Positions 49,763-58,484 of a stretch of DNA of 64,000 bases are shown here, piece by piece. Origin of the DNA: Nitrospirota bacterium. Its GTDB lineage: Bacteria; Nitrospirota; UBA9217. Below the pieces are notes generated by a model. That model was not told the origin of the DNA, searched no databases, and saw only the letters and a program-made list of their open reading frames with translations. The translations under genes and the position numbers were made by a program. Location of the stretch: positions 384,001 through 448,000 of the forward strand of contig CAVVUN010000002.1 of assembly GCA_963751455.1 (NCBI GenBank). The letters run 5' to 3'. Position 1 is the stretch's first letter. Every line of letters begins with the position of its first letter.

Positions 49763-49963
49763 TAGGTGGGGTTCCATTTGTAGGTAGGAAACTTCTGAAA
49801 TGTTTGCTTTCTCTTTAGCATGTTCAATCGTCATGCTGACAAGGTTGCCTTTTGCATCCAAGTCAATGTAGAGATTTTCTGAGATTTCCTTTGTTTCTAC
49901 CGCTGGGGTATCCGAAAAGTCGATAAGCGCCGTATCCGTATCTGAAAAATATCGTATTCTCAT
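49736..49963 (-). CDS. DUF2283 protein (putative antitoxin)
   Basis: MRIRYFSDTDTALI, YIDLDAKGNLVSMTIEHA. Confidence 0.88.
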   Translation of the reverse strand: MRIRYFSDTDTALIDFSDTPAVETKEISENLYIDLDAKGNLVSMTIEHAKEKANISEVSYLQMEPHLIQHAREGR

Positions 49964-49966
49964 GTT

Positions 49967-50167
49967 TAATCCTCCTTAAAACTGCGGTCAAAAAAAGCGT
50001 TATGTACCGTTTCACCGTCCTCCAAGAGGATAACGCGAAGATATTTGCCTGTCTCTTCGATGAATCGCCATTTCTTTATTCTGCCGTCTGATTGAACCAC
50101 CGTTTTGACGGGTTCCTTAATCGTTTTCTCTATCCAGGGATCCGTGATGATTGCCCGGTCTGGAGGA
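49967..50167 (-). pseudogene. 5'-truncated putative toxin partner of DUF2283
   Basis: PDRAIITDPWIEKTIKEP..QSDGRIKKW..YLRVILLEDGETVHNAFFDRSF; no in-frame start before the element end at 50175. Confidence 0.7.
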
Positions 50168-50174
50168 GGTCATT

Positions 50175-51018
50175 GGGGTCAAATCTTTCATGTTGACAGA
50201 TTTCCCTCTAATCTAGCCAATAGCGCTCGAACCTTTATGTCTTTATTCACTTTTTCATATAATCGCTTTCGCTCCTGGCTGACCGTGACATAGTCAACTG
50301 CAAATATCTGCCCGATCTGCGGACCTTTTAGTCCTCCTGCCCGGTACAGCAATTCCATTACGATTCGACGTAAGTCACCTTTTTCGATCTTGATGGCTTC
50401 GATATCCTTACCTGTTTCTTTTTTGACTTCTTTAAAAACCTCTTCTGTTGACCTATGACGATATATCTCACCTACTGCCGGCCGCTCCCGGTCATTGGCT
50501 GCCTCTATGTAATTCTCCTTCACCCATGCAATAAACCCCTCTCCCCCCAGAATGCTTTGCCCAATCATGCTTTCTTTAAGCTCTGACTCTTGGGTCATCT
50601 CTGCATAGATCCGCTTCTTATATTCTTTTCGACCCCGATACGTATCTCCACCGTATTCTCCTAGCACCATGGAGTAATCAACGTACCATTCCTTCTTTCT
50701 CGTACTTAAAAAGCCTGGAAGGCTGCTCCACCGATAACGAATAAGATATTTGATTTTCTCCGGTTCCGAAAGTTTTTTCATGGCTTTTATTTTAACCGGA
50801 TTCAAGTGAATGTAGCGGGACAGAACGGAAAGATATTCGTTTCTCTCAACAAGAACGCTCTTGTACCTGCCTTGGTACAGGTGTCCTACGCGGTCGTGGC
50901 GTCGATTGTAATAACCAGTATAGGTTATATTGAACTTGCGCATGAATTCGGAAAGGTTGGCTTTTGGTGTTTCGAGAAGCAGATGGAAATGGTTGGACAT
51001 AAAAACGTAACTGTAAGG
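50175..51018 (-). mobile_element. 5'-truncated Y1/HUH (RAYT-like) transposase with C-terminal HTH
   Basis: YVFMSNHFHLLL HUH, GHLYQGRYKS, RYIHLNPV, YRWSS; end GGGGTCAAATCTT. Confidence 0.85.
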
Positions 51019-51031
51019 CGCGGCTCCTTCC

Positions 51032-51264
51032 GGGGTCGGACCACGCTAAAGTCCTGGTTTTCAAATGATATCGTTCCAATAATAGGCATTTTCGAGGCTT
51101 AAAGCCGCCTTTTCAGGCCCGAAAAGCGGTTTGTAAGACGCAGCATCCTCTCGTAGCGCATAACTGCCATCTGTTCCGTACACATCACGGCCCTTGGCCT
51201 TGATTCCAAGCTTCTCTCTTGTAAAGTTTACGAATAACTCGCTGCCTACGGCAATACTCTCGGA
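51032..51264 (-). mobile_element. 3' fragment of the Y1 transposase element also seen at 46921-47283
   Basis: SESIAVGSELFV..LREDAASY..LSLENAYYWND; end GGGGTCGGACCA. Confidence 0.75.
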
Positions 51265-51572
51265 TGTGCTACTGGAAACAGTGGCGCAGAACAAGGAAGC
51301 GGGTCAGAGAGCTGCTGAAACTCGGCGTGAGCAAGGATAACGCGATATCGGTGGGAATGAGCAGGAAGGGGTACTGGCATCTTGCGAAGACCGAGGCCAT
51401 GAACGTCGGCCTGTCAAATGCATATCTCAAAAGACAAGGGCTTACATCAATCAGAACACTGTGGATCAAGATTTACTATCCGGCTACGGCCCGATAATTT
51501 TCCGCGAATCGCCCGGTGCGGACCCGCACGCCGGGTGGTGTGTGGGGAGGGGCGGCTAAAGACCGCCCCTTA
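51260..51572 (+). pseudogene. 3' remnant of a class C (attC-type) group II intron; last 6 nt displaced to 53407-53412
   Basis: 77-aa maturase tail 62/77 identical to the 59251-60516 protein; short class C DV and DVI. Confidence 0.9.
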
Positions 51573-53406
51573 GTGCGCCTGAAAGTGCGCAAAGTCAGAG
51601 GGGTGCAAGTCCCCTTCAGGTAGACGTTCACCTGCCTGTAACCGACCGTAACTGCGTCGTCGTGAGACGGGGTGGAGAGCAACGGAAGGTGAACCGTCAG
51701 TCCGTAGGATAACGAAATCGATTCGGCCGGTTGTAACGGCGAGCCTGCTGAGGAATGGCGAAGCCCGGACTCTTCGGAAGAAGAGAAGCCTGTCACGCTG
51801 ATGAGCGTGTTAAAGCGATGACAGGGAGCAACAGGTGGTTGGATACGGAACGATGGGAAGTCATTGCACATGAATCAGGGATATCTGTTCCGGCGAGTGA
51901 CCGTGAACAGAAGTCAGAACCTCCATACGAGCGATGAAGCGCTTGTAATGAGCGTGGAGCAAAGGGAGGCAGGAAGGTAGATGAGCAAAGACCATACAGA
52001 GGGAAAGAAACCGACTTCAGTGGAGAATACGCCTAAACCAGTCGGAGAAACAAAAGCCCAACAATGGGCATGGGTGGAACCCACGGTATGGACGGAGCGC
52101 ATGCTGACGGCCCTCGGCAACGGGGTGAAAGGAGGCAGATGGTATAGTTTGATGGATAAGGTACACTCCCCAGGCAATCTCCAAGCCGCGTGGGCGCGAG
52201 TGCGCGCCAACGGTGGAGCAGCAGGAGTGGACCGCCAAAGCATCTCGGCATTTCAAACCAACGCAGAGAAGCATCTGGACGAACTCGAAGAACGCTTAAA
52301 AGGGAACAGGTACCAAACCCAAGCAGTCAAGCGAGTATGGATACCCAAGCCCGGCAGCACCGAAAAGCGTCCGCTCGGCATTCCGGTCGTCAAAGACCGG
52401 ATCGTCCAGACAGCGCTCAGAAACGTCATCGAACCGATATACGAGAACATCTTCGCTGAACAGAGCTACGGCTTTCGACCGGGGCGCGGCTGCAAAGATG
52501 CGCTCCGGCGCGTAGACGAACTTTTGAAGACAGGCTCCACGTGGGTTGTGGACGCTGACATCAAGAGCTACTTTGACAGCATACCCCATGACAAACTCAT
52601 GCGGGAAGTCGAAGAACAGGTGGCGGATGGAAAGGTGCTGGAACTGATAGCCGGATACCTGAAACAGGGGATCATGGACGGACTCACCGAGTGGGAGCCG
52701 GACAAGGGAACTCCGCAGGGCGCGGTCATCAGTCCTCTCCTGGCCAACATATACCTGAATAAAATCGATCATGCGATGCGGGCCAAAGGTTACGAGATGG
52801 TCAGATACGCCGACGATTTCGTCATCCTTTGTCGCGGTGAAGCCGAAGCGCAGCAGGCGCTCGCCACAGTCAGGGACCTTATCGAAGAACGAGGTCTTAC
52901 GCTTCATCCGGAGAAAACCCGGATAGCCGATGCCAAAGAGCGAGGAGGTTTCGACTTTCTCGGATATCACTTCGAGCGCGGCATGCGGTGGCCGCGTAAG
53001 AAGAGTCTCAACAAGCTTAAAGACACTCTTCGCAAGAAGACGATGCGGAAATCGGGCGTGGATATGGCGACCATCATTAAGGACGTTAACAAAAGCCTAC
53101 GAGGTTGGTTTGAATACTTCAAGCAAAGTCACAGGACGACGTTTCCACGAATAGACAGTTGGCTGCGCATGAGATTGCGGAGCATTCTACGGAAGCGTCA
53201 GAAGCGAAGAGGAAGAGGCCGGGGCGCAGATCATCAACGATGGCCGAATGCCTACTTTAGCACTCAAGGACTGTTCACTCTTACAACAGCCCATGAGATA
53301 GCTCGTCAGTCCCGTTGAGGGGCACTGCCGACTGGAGAGCCGGATGCGGGAGATCCGCACGTCCGGTTCGGAGGGAGGGGAGGCCGCAAGCCTTCCCTAC
53401 CCCTAT
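51573..53406 (+). mobile_element. Group II intron (non-C class, AGC triad), inner member of a twintron
   Basis: 5' GTGCG; DV GAGAGCCGGATGCGGGAGATCCGCACGTCCGGTTCGG; 3' CCCTACCCCTAT. Confidence 0.9.
51981..53318 (+). CDS. ltrA: Group II intron reverse transcriptase/maturase, no endonuclease domain
   Basis: GAAGVD, RPLGIP, SYGFRPGR, GTPQG, YADD, FDFLG. Confidence 0.95.
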   Translation: MSKDHTEGKKPTSVENTPKPVGETKAQQWAWVEPTVWTERMLTALGNGVKGGRWYSLMDKVHSPGNLQAAWARVRANGGAAGVDRQSISAFQTNAEKHLDELEERLKGNRYQTQAVKRVWIPKPGSTEKRPLGIPVVKDRIVQTALRNVIEPIYENIFAEQSYGFRPGRGCKDALRRVDELLKTGSTWVVDADIKSYFDSIPHDKLMREVEEQVADGKVLELIAGYLKQGIMDGLTEWEPDKGTPQGAVISPLLANIYLNKIDHAMRAKGYEMVRYADDFVILCRGEAEAQQALATVRDLIEERGLTLHPEKTRIADAKERGGFDFLGYHFERGMRWPRKKSLNKLKDTLRKKTMRKSGVDMATIIKDVNKSLRGWFEYFKQSHRTTFPRIDSWLRMRLRSILRKRQKRRGRGRGADHQRWPNAYFSTQGLFTLTTAHEIARQSR

Positions 53407-53437
53407 CCCGATTGGAAGTACGGTATTCCCAATTTTA

Positions 53438-56400
53438 CTACTCTTTGTGAGATCCTGTAGGATCGCTCTTCTTCATGATGTCCTTCAGGAACCCCTCTGC
53501 TTCTGCGGACCTGCCGTTCTTCATCATGACCAGCGCCTTGATCGAGTTCCTTGCCATGTAATCGCGGATCATAAGGATCGGCACCATGGGCGGATGCTTC
53601 CCCATATCTCCTTCGGGCGTTGCATCGTACTTTCCGTTGATGATCTCCTCGCGGGTCCTGTCCAGCTGCTCGTACCACGCCCTCTTGTCAGCCGGCAGCG
53701 CCTTGAACCAGGCGCTTTTCGAACGCGGATAATTGCGATAGTGGTCCCTGATCGCCGTGAAGGTGACGATGGCGCGCTTCCTCTGCTCGGCTGAATACTT
53801 CGGCATTGAGAACTCTCCCATCTCGGCAAGGATCTCGTCGAGGATGAATTCCTGCAACTGCACCGCGTCATCGGTCTTCTTGTCGCCAAGGAACTTGACC
53901 GTCTTGCCGGTAGTTTCGAGCAAATACCCCCGATAGGCTATCATCGCCTGGCTGGCCGTCTCGTTCTGGAGCAGTGTTTGAGGGATGCCTTCCGGCGTCT
54001 TTTCCTCGTTCCCGATGAAGTTGAATTCCCGAGCGCCCGCCTTCTGTAGAATGTCAATTATCTCCGCATTATTGATGTAGCGTGCGCGGCCGAGCGGCGT
54101 TCTATTCTCGCCCTTGATCAGTCGGTTGAGATCGACACCCTTGGTCCCCGCCAACAGCCGGACCATCTCCGGCCTGTTCTGGTTGATATTATGGACCAGC
54201 GGTGTTTCGCCGTACTCGTCCTCCCGGTTAAGGTCTGGACGACGCGACAGGATCTTCTGCGCCAGATCGAGCCCGTATTTGCCCATCCCGGAGTTGTACC
54301 AGCCCATATGCACCAGTGTCTCGCCCTTGTAGTAGGGAACGTTGACGTCGATCTCCTCGCGGTCCAGAAGCATCATGGCGATCTCATACCCGTAGCGCAA
54401 TCGGGAGTGGCGAATGGCCCTATTCAGGTAGTCCCCCGCCGCTGTCCGCTTGTTCACGTCCAGATCGGACCGCGCAAGGAAGAGCTTGACGATTTCAGGC
54501 TGGTCTTGTTCGATCGCCAGGACCATGGGCGTTATCCCCTCCCCGTCCTCCTTGTTGATGTCGATGTCCTTACGCGCGGCCAGGAGCTTCACGAGCTCGA
54601 TATTGGCCGGGTCCGAGGACAGGCGTCCGGGCTTTGGCTCGAACGCGGCATGCAGCAGCGTCTTTCCGTCCTTTGTGACCGTATCCGTCCGCGCCTTCCG
54701 CTCCAGCAGCACCGCGACGCTCTTCTGATCGCCGAGAGCGACAGCGTGGTACAGGGCCGTCCTGCCGTGCTCGTCAACCGCATCCAGGTTCAGGCCCGGA
54801 GCGCCGAACAGCTCAGCCGCGATGTCTACCCGGTGGTTCTGAAGCGCGCGCATGAGCGGTGTCGCTCTCTCCTTGCCCGGCAGGTTCACGTCGATCGCGG
54901 GACCCGCCAATTTATGAGACCTCTGAAGATGATCGTAAAGCGCCTCTTCACCTATGGCCCAGAAGCGTGACAGCGCCTTCACAAAAAGATAATTGTTATC
55001 CTTGTGCAATATCTTTGGCTTGAAGTAGTTATCGTATTTAAGCTTATCCTGCCAGACAGCAGTGGGAAACACCTGATTCTCCCCGGAAAGATCGGGCGCC
55101 AGTTCATAATTCGATAATTTTTTATGCTCGATATATTTCCCGGAGAGAAGGTCGATCATGTCGCAGCCGTTGGTTTTCACAAAGCAGATCTTGTCGTCCA
55201 GAAACTCGACAAAGCGGTATCTGCCGTTCCTGTCGTAGTCCCCTGAATGCGTCTGCACATGCCGGTGGTAATTCCACAATACAGTACCTTTGGAATCGAA
55301 TGCAAGCAGATAGACTTCCTCGCCCTCTGATTCGTAAAAATTCTTGCCGAAAAAGACCATATTGTTGTAGGACAATACGCCTGTTGTCGAGTAATTGAAT
55401 TGCCTGGCTATCGGTATATTGAGCTTCTTTTCCAGATCCTCCATGGCTACGGTCTTGATCAGGCGGCCCGTATCGATCTGCAGGAAAGAGAGGACATTAT
55501 TTTCCCCAACCACAAGCGTGTCATCCGTCACCGTGTAGCCGTTATAATTGATAAACTGGTCCGTAGTGGTCTTTCCCGGTATTTTATAGGAAAGTATCTC
55601 TCTGCCTGTCCACTTGTCAATGGCGCTGAAAACATCCGGGGCGTCTTTCATACGTTTTAGAAAATAGAGGCGGTCCCGGCCAAAGATCGGCTCTCCCCGG
55701 TCAATTTCCCTGTTCCACAGGACCTCGGGATTCTTGACAGGGGCAAACGGACCTTTCTTCTTCGAGGATTTAATTTCGGTATTTTCCGGCTCTCGCCACG
55801 TAAACTGATCCTTCACCTGCGGCATGAACGGCAGATCGCTTTTCAGGAACAGGACAGATTGCGTGTGCTTTTCGTTGTAGCGGTTCTTCGCTACCATGTA
55901 GATCATGTCGGGAGATAACTGCACGATGTGATGAAGCTCCGATTCGACAGTCTCGTAGGGCTCCTCGATGCTTACGACAGGGGCTGCCGATCTGTCAAGG
56001 ATGACGATCCGGTCATTTGCCTTGCTTACCTGGGAAATGGTCGAATCCTTTATCTCGCCCGTGACCAGGGCGATGAGCACGTTTCCCCAGAGTGGCCTGA
56101 CATACTGGACATCTCCCTGGGCCACCATTTCCGAACCGAAGGACACGAAGAAGCCCGAACCGTTTCTTCCTCTGACCGAGGAAGTTCCTTCCATAACGCC
56201 TCAGCATCCCGTATAATTTCTCGTTATGCTGATTCCCATGTCAGGCAGGCTGACCGGTCCTTCTCCTTCATTCGGAAACTGGATCTGCTCGCCCAGTTGC
56301 TCGTGGTTGTGGTACTTGACGAATTCAACGCGCCCAAGGGCTTCAATATTTCCTTTTTCAACTGCGGTGAGGCTCGCCTCCGTGAATCCCGGATCAGGTT

Positions 56401-56800
56401 TGTACCAGGACTGCGACGTAAAATAAGAGAACAGGTCTGCGGAAGAGAATGTCCTGCCGTGCTGCGCATAGATCTCGTTGCGTAGCAGTCTCAGGCGCGG
56501 GTAATCAAGCAGGATCAGTCGCCATAGCTCGAGCCGACGCTGCAGTTGTCCCCGGAGATATTGATAAACCGCCTCTTGTTCCTGTTCTTCCAAGCCGCCT
56601 ATTTTTACATAAACAGGTCCCCTCGCCTCAAGGGCTTTCAGGGCTTCCTGGACATACGTGTGCAGTTTTTGATTCGAATCAATAGGTTCAGACTGAGAAG
56701 CAAAAGCAGGGGAAGGATAAGTAAGGAAGGAAAACATTGCCGGCACACATATGATCAAGCACAACCAGATATGCAACACACTAAGCGATCTAGATAACAT
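53438..56800 (-). CDS. Secreted YARHG + beta-propeller-like + ankyrin protein with one in-frame TGA (candidate selenoprotein, or two ORFs 56201-56800 and 53438-56194)
   Basis: Signal peptide, LRNEIYAQHG..SWY, GC*G junction in frame, G..LW repeats, GRTAL/G.TPL ankyrin repeats. Confidence 0.7.
56166..56184 (-). promoter_or_regulatory. Candidate bacterial SECIS hairpin
   Basis: CUUCCUC-GGUCA-GAGGAAG starting 16 nt after the in-frame UGA (56201-56203). Confidence 0.45.
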
Positions 56801-56853
56801 GACACCTCCGTAAGTTTGAGTGTGGAGATCTTAGGATATCATACTTATGCCTC

Positions 56854-56912
56854 TACGAACGACGAGCTGAGCCCCGCGCCGTAGAGCGCGGGACTCGAAC
56901 GACTTGTTAAGT
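56854..56912 (-). other. attC site
   Basis: ACTTAAC-AAGTC-GTTCGAG..CCCGCGC..GCGCGGG..CTCAGC-TCGTC-GTTCGTA; upstream stop TAA lies in R''. Confidence 0.85.
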
Positions 56913-57635
56913 TTCGAGCATCTTATAGGCAGTTTTCACAAAATAAACTGGATTTCGTTCCCAGAGGCCTTTTTTATTTACCTTGTCGATTGATATTATC
57001 TGGGGTTGTGTAAAATGAAAGTGCATTACATATTTCTTTTGAAAATACTTCCCGATGGGGTATCGCATGAGAAAGTAAAATGTTGCGTTTGCGAGTAATA
57101 CCCAAAAAATAGTAAGCGCCACTAGATCTACTAAAACAAATATGACAAGGGTAATCGATAACAATATAAAGGAGACGCCTCCGAGTATATGGGTGTTTGA
57201 ACCGCAATATTTCGAAAGAACTGCAGCGGATTCTCCTCGTTCAAGATATGAAGATAGTTCGTCAAGGGCACTTTTAATTTCTTTTTGTGATTGTATATCA
57301 CCATATATTCGAAAGCCATTGTCGAAAGATCGACCTCCAATTCTGCATTTGTTTTCCGCGCGCTCTTTCAAGAAATGAATCGTGCCATGCTCCAGAACAT
57401 GATTAATTTTCGTCATCAGGCTCATTTCCGAAACTCTAAATAAAAAGGTGAGAAAAGGCAAATAGAAGAATAAGAGGAATATGAAGAGTAAGGGTAATGT
57501 CATCGCATAAAGCAGGAAGGCTTGATTTTTCATTAATCCAAACACGGCAACTATTAAAAAATAAAGGAAATAGACGATAGATGGGTTAAAAACATATTTG
57601 CTAAGGAATCTTCTAATTTTTTTCTCATCCATCAT
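56907..57635 (-). CDS. Membrane protein with NHxLEH motif (DUF6391-like)
   Basis: NHVLEHGTIH, GFRIYG, CGSN, TM segments; AT-rich cassette. Confidence 0.7.
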   Translation of the reverse strand: MMDEKKIRRFLSKYVFNPSIVYFLYFLIVAVFGLMKNQAFLLYAMTLPLLFIFLLFFYLPFLTFLFRVSEMSLMTKINHVLEHGTIHFLKERAENKCRIGGRSFDNGFRIYGDIQSQKEIKSALDELSSYLERGESAAVLSKYCGSNTHILGGVSFILLSITLVIFVLVDLVALTIFWVLLANATFYFLMRYPIGKYFQKKYVMHFHFTQPQIISIDKVNKKGLWERNPVYFVKTAYKMLET

Positions 57636-57646
57636 ATGTTTTCCTA

Positions 57647-57730
57647 GATTAATGGGGCGGTAAGTCGCGGCCCCGAAGGGGCGACGATCTTGACTGCCTG
57701 GATCTCCCCGAGCGTAGCGAGGGGTTAGGC
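57647..57730 (-). other. attC site damaged by a hairpin insertion and R' mutation
   Basis: GCCTAAC-[CCCTCGCTACGCTCGGGGAGATC]-CAGGCA-GTCAAG..CTTAC-CGCCCC-ATTAATC. Confidence 0.7.
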
Positions 57731-57836
57731 AGTCTCGTGAGTTACCGCCGCAATAGTCTTTATTCCCCGGTTTCTATTACGGCGTTATTTGCGCTAGTTA
57801 TTGCTTGTTTACTTTATATAATTTCAGAGATCGTAC

Positions 57837-58412
57837 TTATTTTTTATCTCCGCCAAAAAGAGAATCGCCCCAGGTTGCATGGTCTGACCAATTCGTACCC
57901 ACAGGATCCACTTCGAGTCTTAACCGCTTCGCGCCTTTGGGAATGGGGATTCGGGGTGTTGTTAACGCCTGCGGACCCGAGACAGTACCTTCCCAAACCA
58001 GGCTGCTGTCTATGAAGATGCGTCCGGTGACATTACCATAGCTAGTTGGATAGGTGTCCTGTCGAGCAAGACCGAACACCGTCTGGAAATACTTGGCTCC
58101 CGGCGGGACCTTGAATTCCGCATAGGCAATTTCTTTTTCAGGAGGATGCATACCCACAGCATGTTCATAGCGAATGTTGTCGATCCACACTTCCGGCTGC
58201 CAGTACACTCTGCCCCATTGAATGTTGCCGTGGATATTCGCCTGAGCGAGCAGCGTGTTCTGATTCGCGTCCAGATAGAATGGGTCAGGGTCAAGCCGGG
58301 TAGCGCAACCTGGCAACATGACTAAGACGATTATGATCATAGCTGCAACGGTGCTTGTTCGGGTCGCGACACAGGTATAATTCGAGAACATTGACAAGCA
58401 TGATCCATTCAT
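57837..58412 (-). CDS. NPCBM/NEW2-like carbohydrate-binding lipoprotein
   Basis: LPGC lipobox; HAVGMH, GAKRLRLEV, DHATWGD; start uncertain. Confidence 0.75.
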   Translation of the reverse strand: MNGSCLSMFSNYTCVATRTSTVAAMIIIVLVMLPGCATRLDPDPFYLDANQNTLLAQANIHGNIQWGRVYWQPEVWIDNIRYEHAVGMHPPEKEIAYAEFKVPPGAKYFQTVFGLARQDTYPTSYGNVTGRIFIDSSLVWEGTVSGPQALTTPRIPIPKGAKRLRLEVDPVGTNWSDHATWGDSLFGGDKK

Positions 58413-58423
58413 ATGAGCAACTC

Positions 58424-58484
58424 CTAGAACACGCGAGTGACCTGCCGGGCAGCTTCATCGCCCGGCCTGTGTCGAATCGCTGGT
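58424..58484 (-). other. attC site split by a group II intron (remaining R'' bases at 60595-60599)
   Basis: + strand CTAGAAC..GCCGGGC/GCCCGGC stem..TGGT|intron|TAGAA rebuilds GTTAGAA. Confidence 0.85.
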
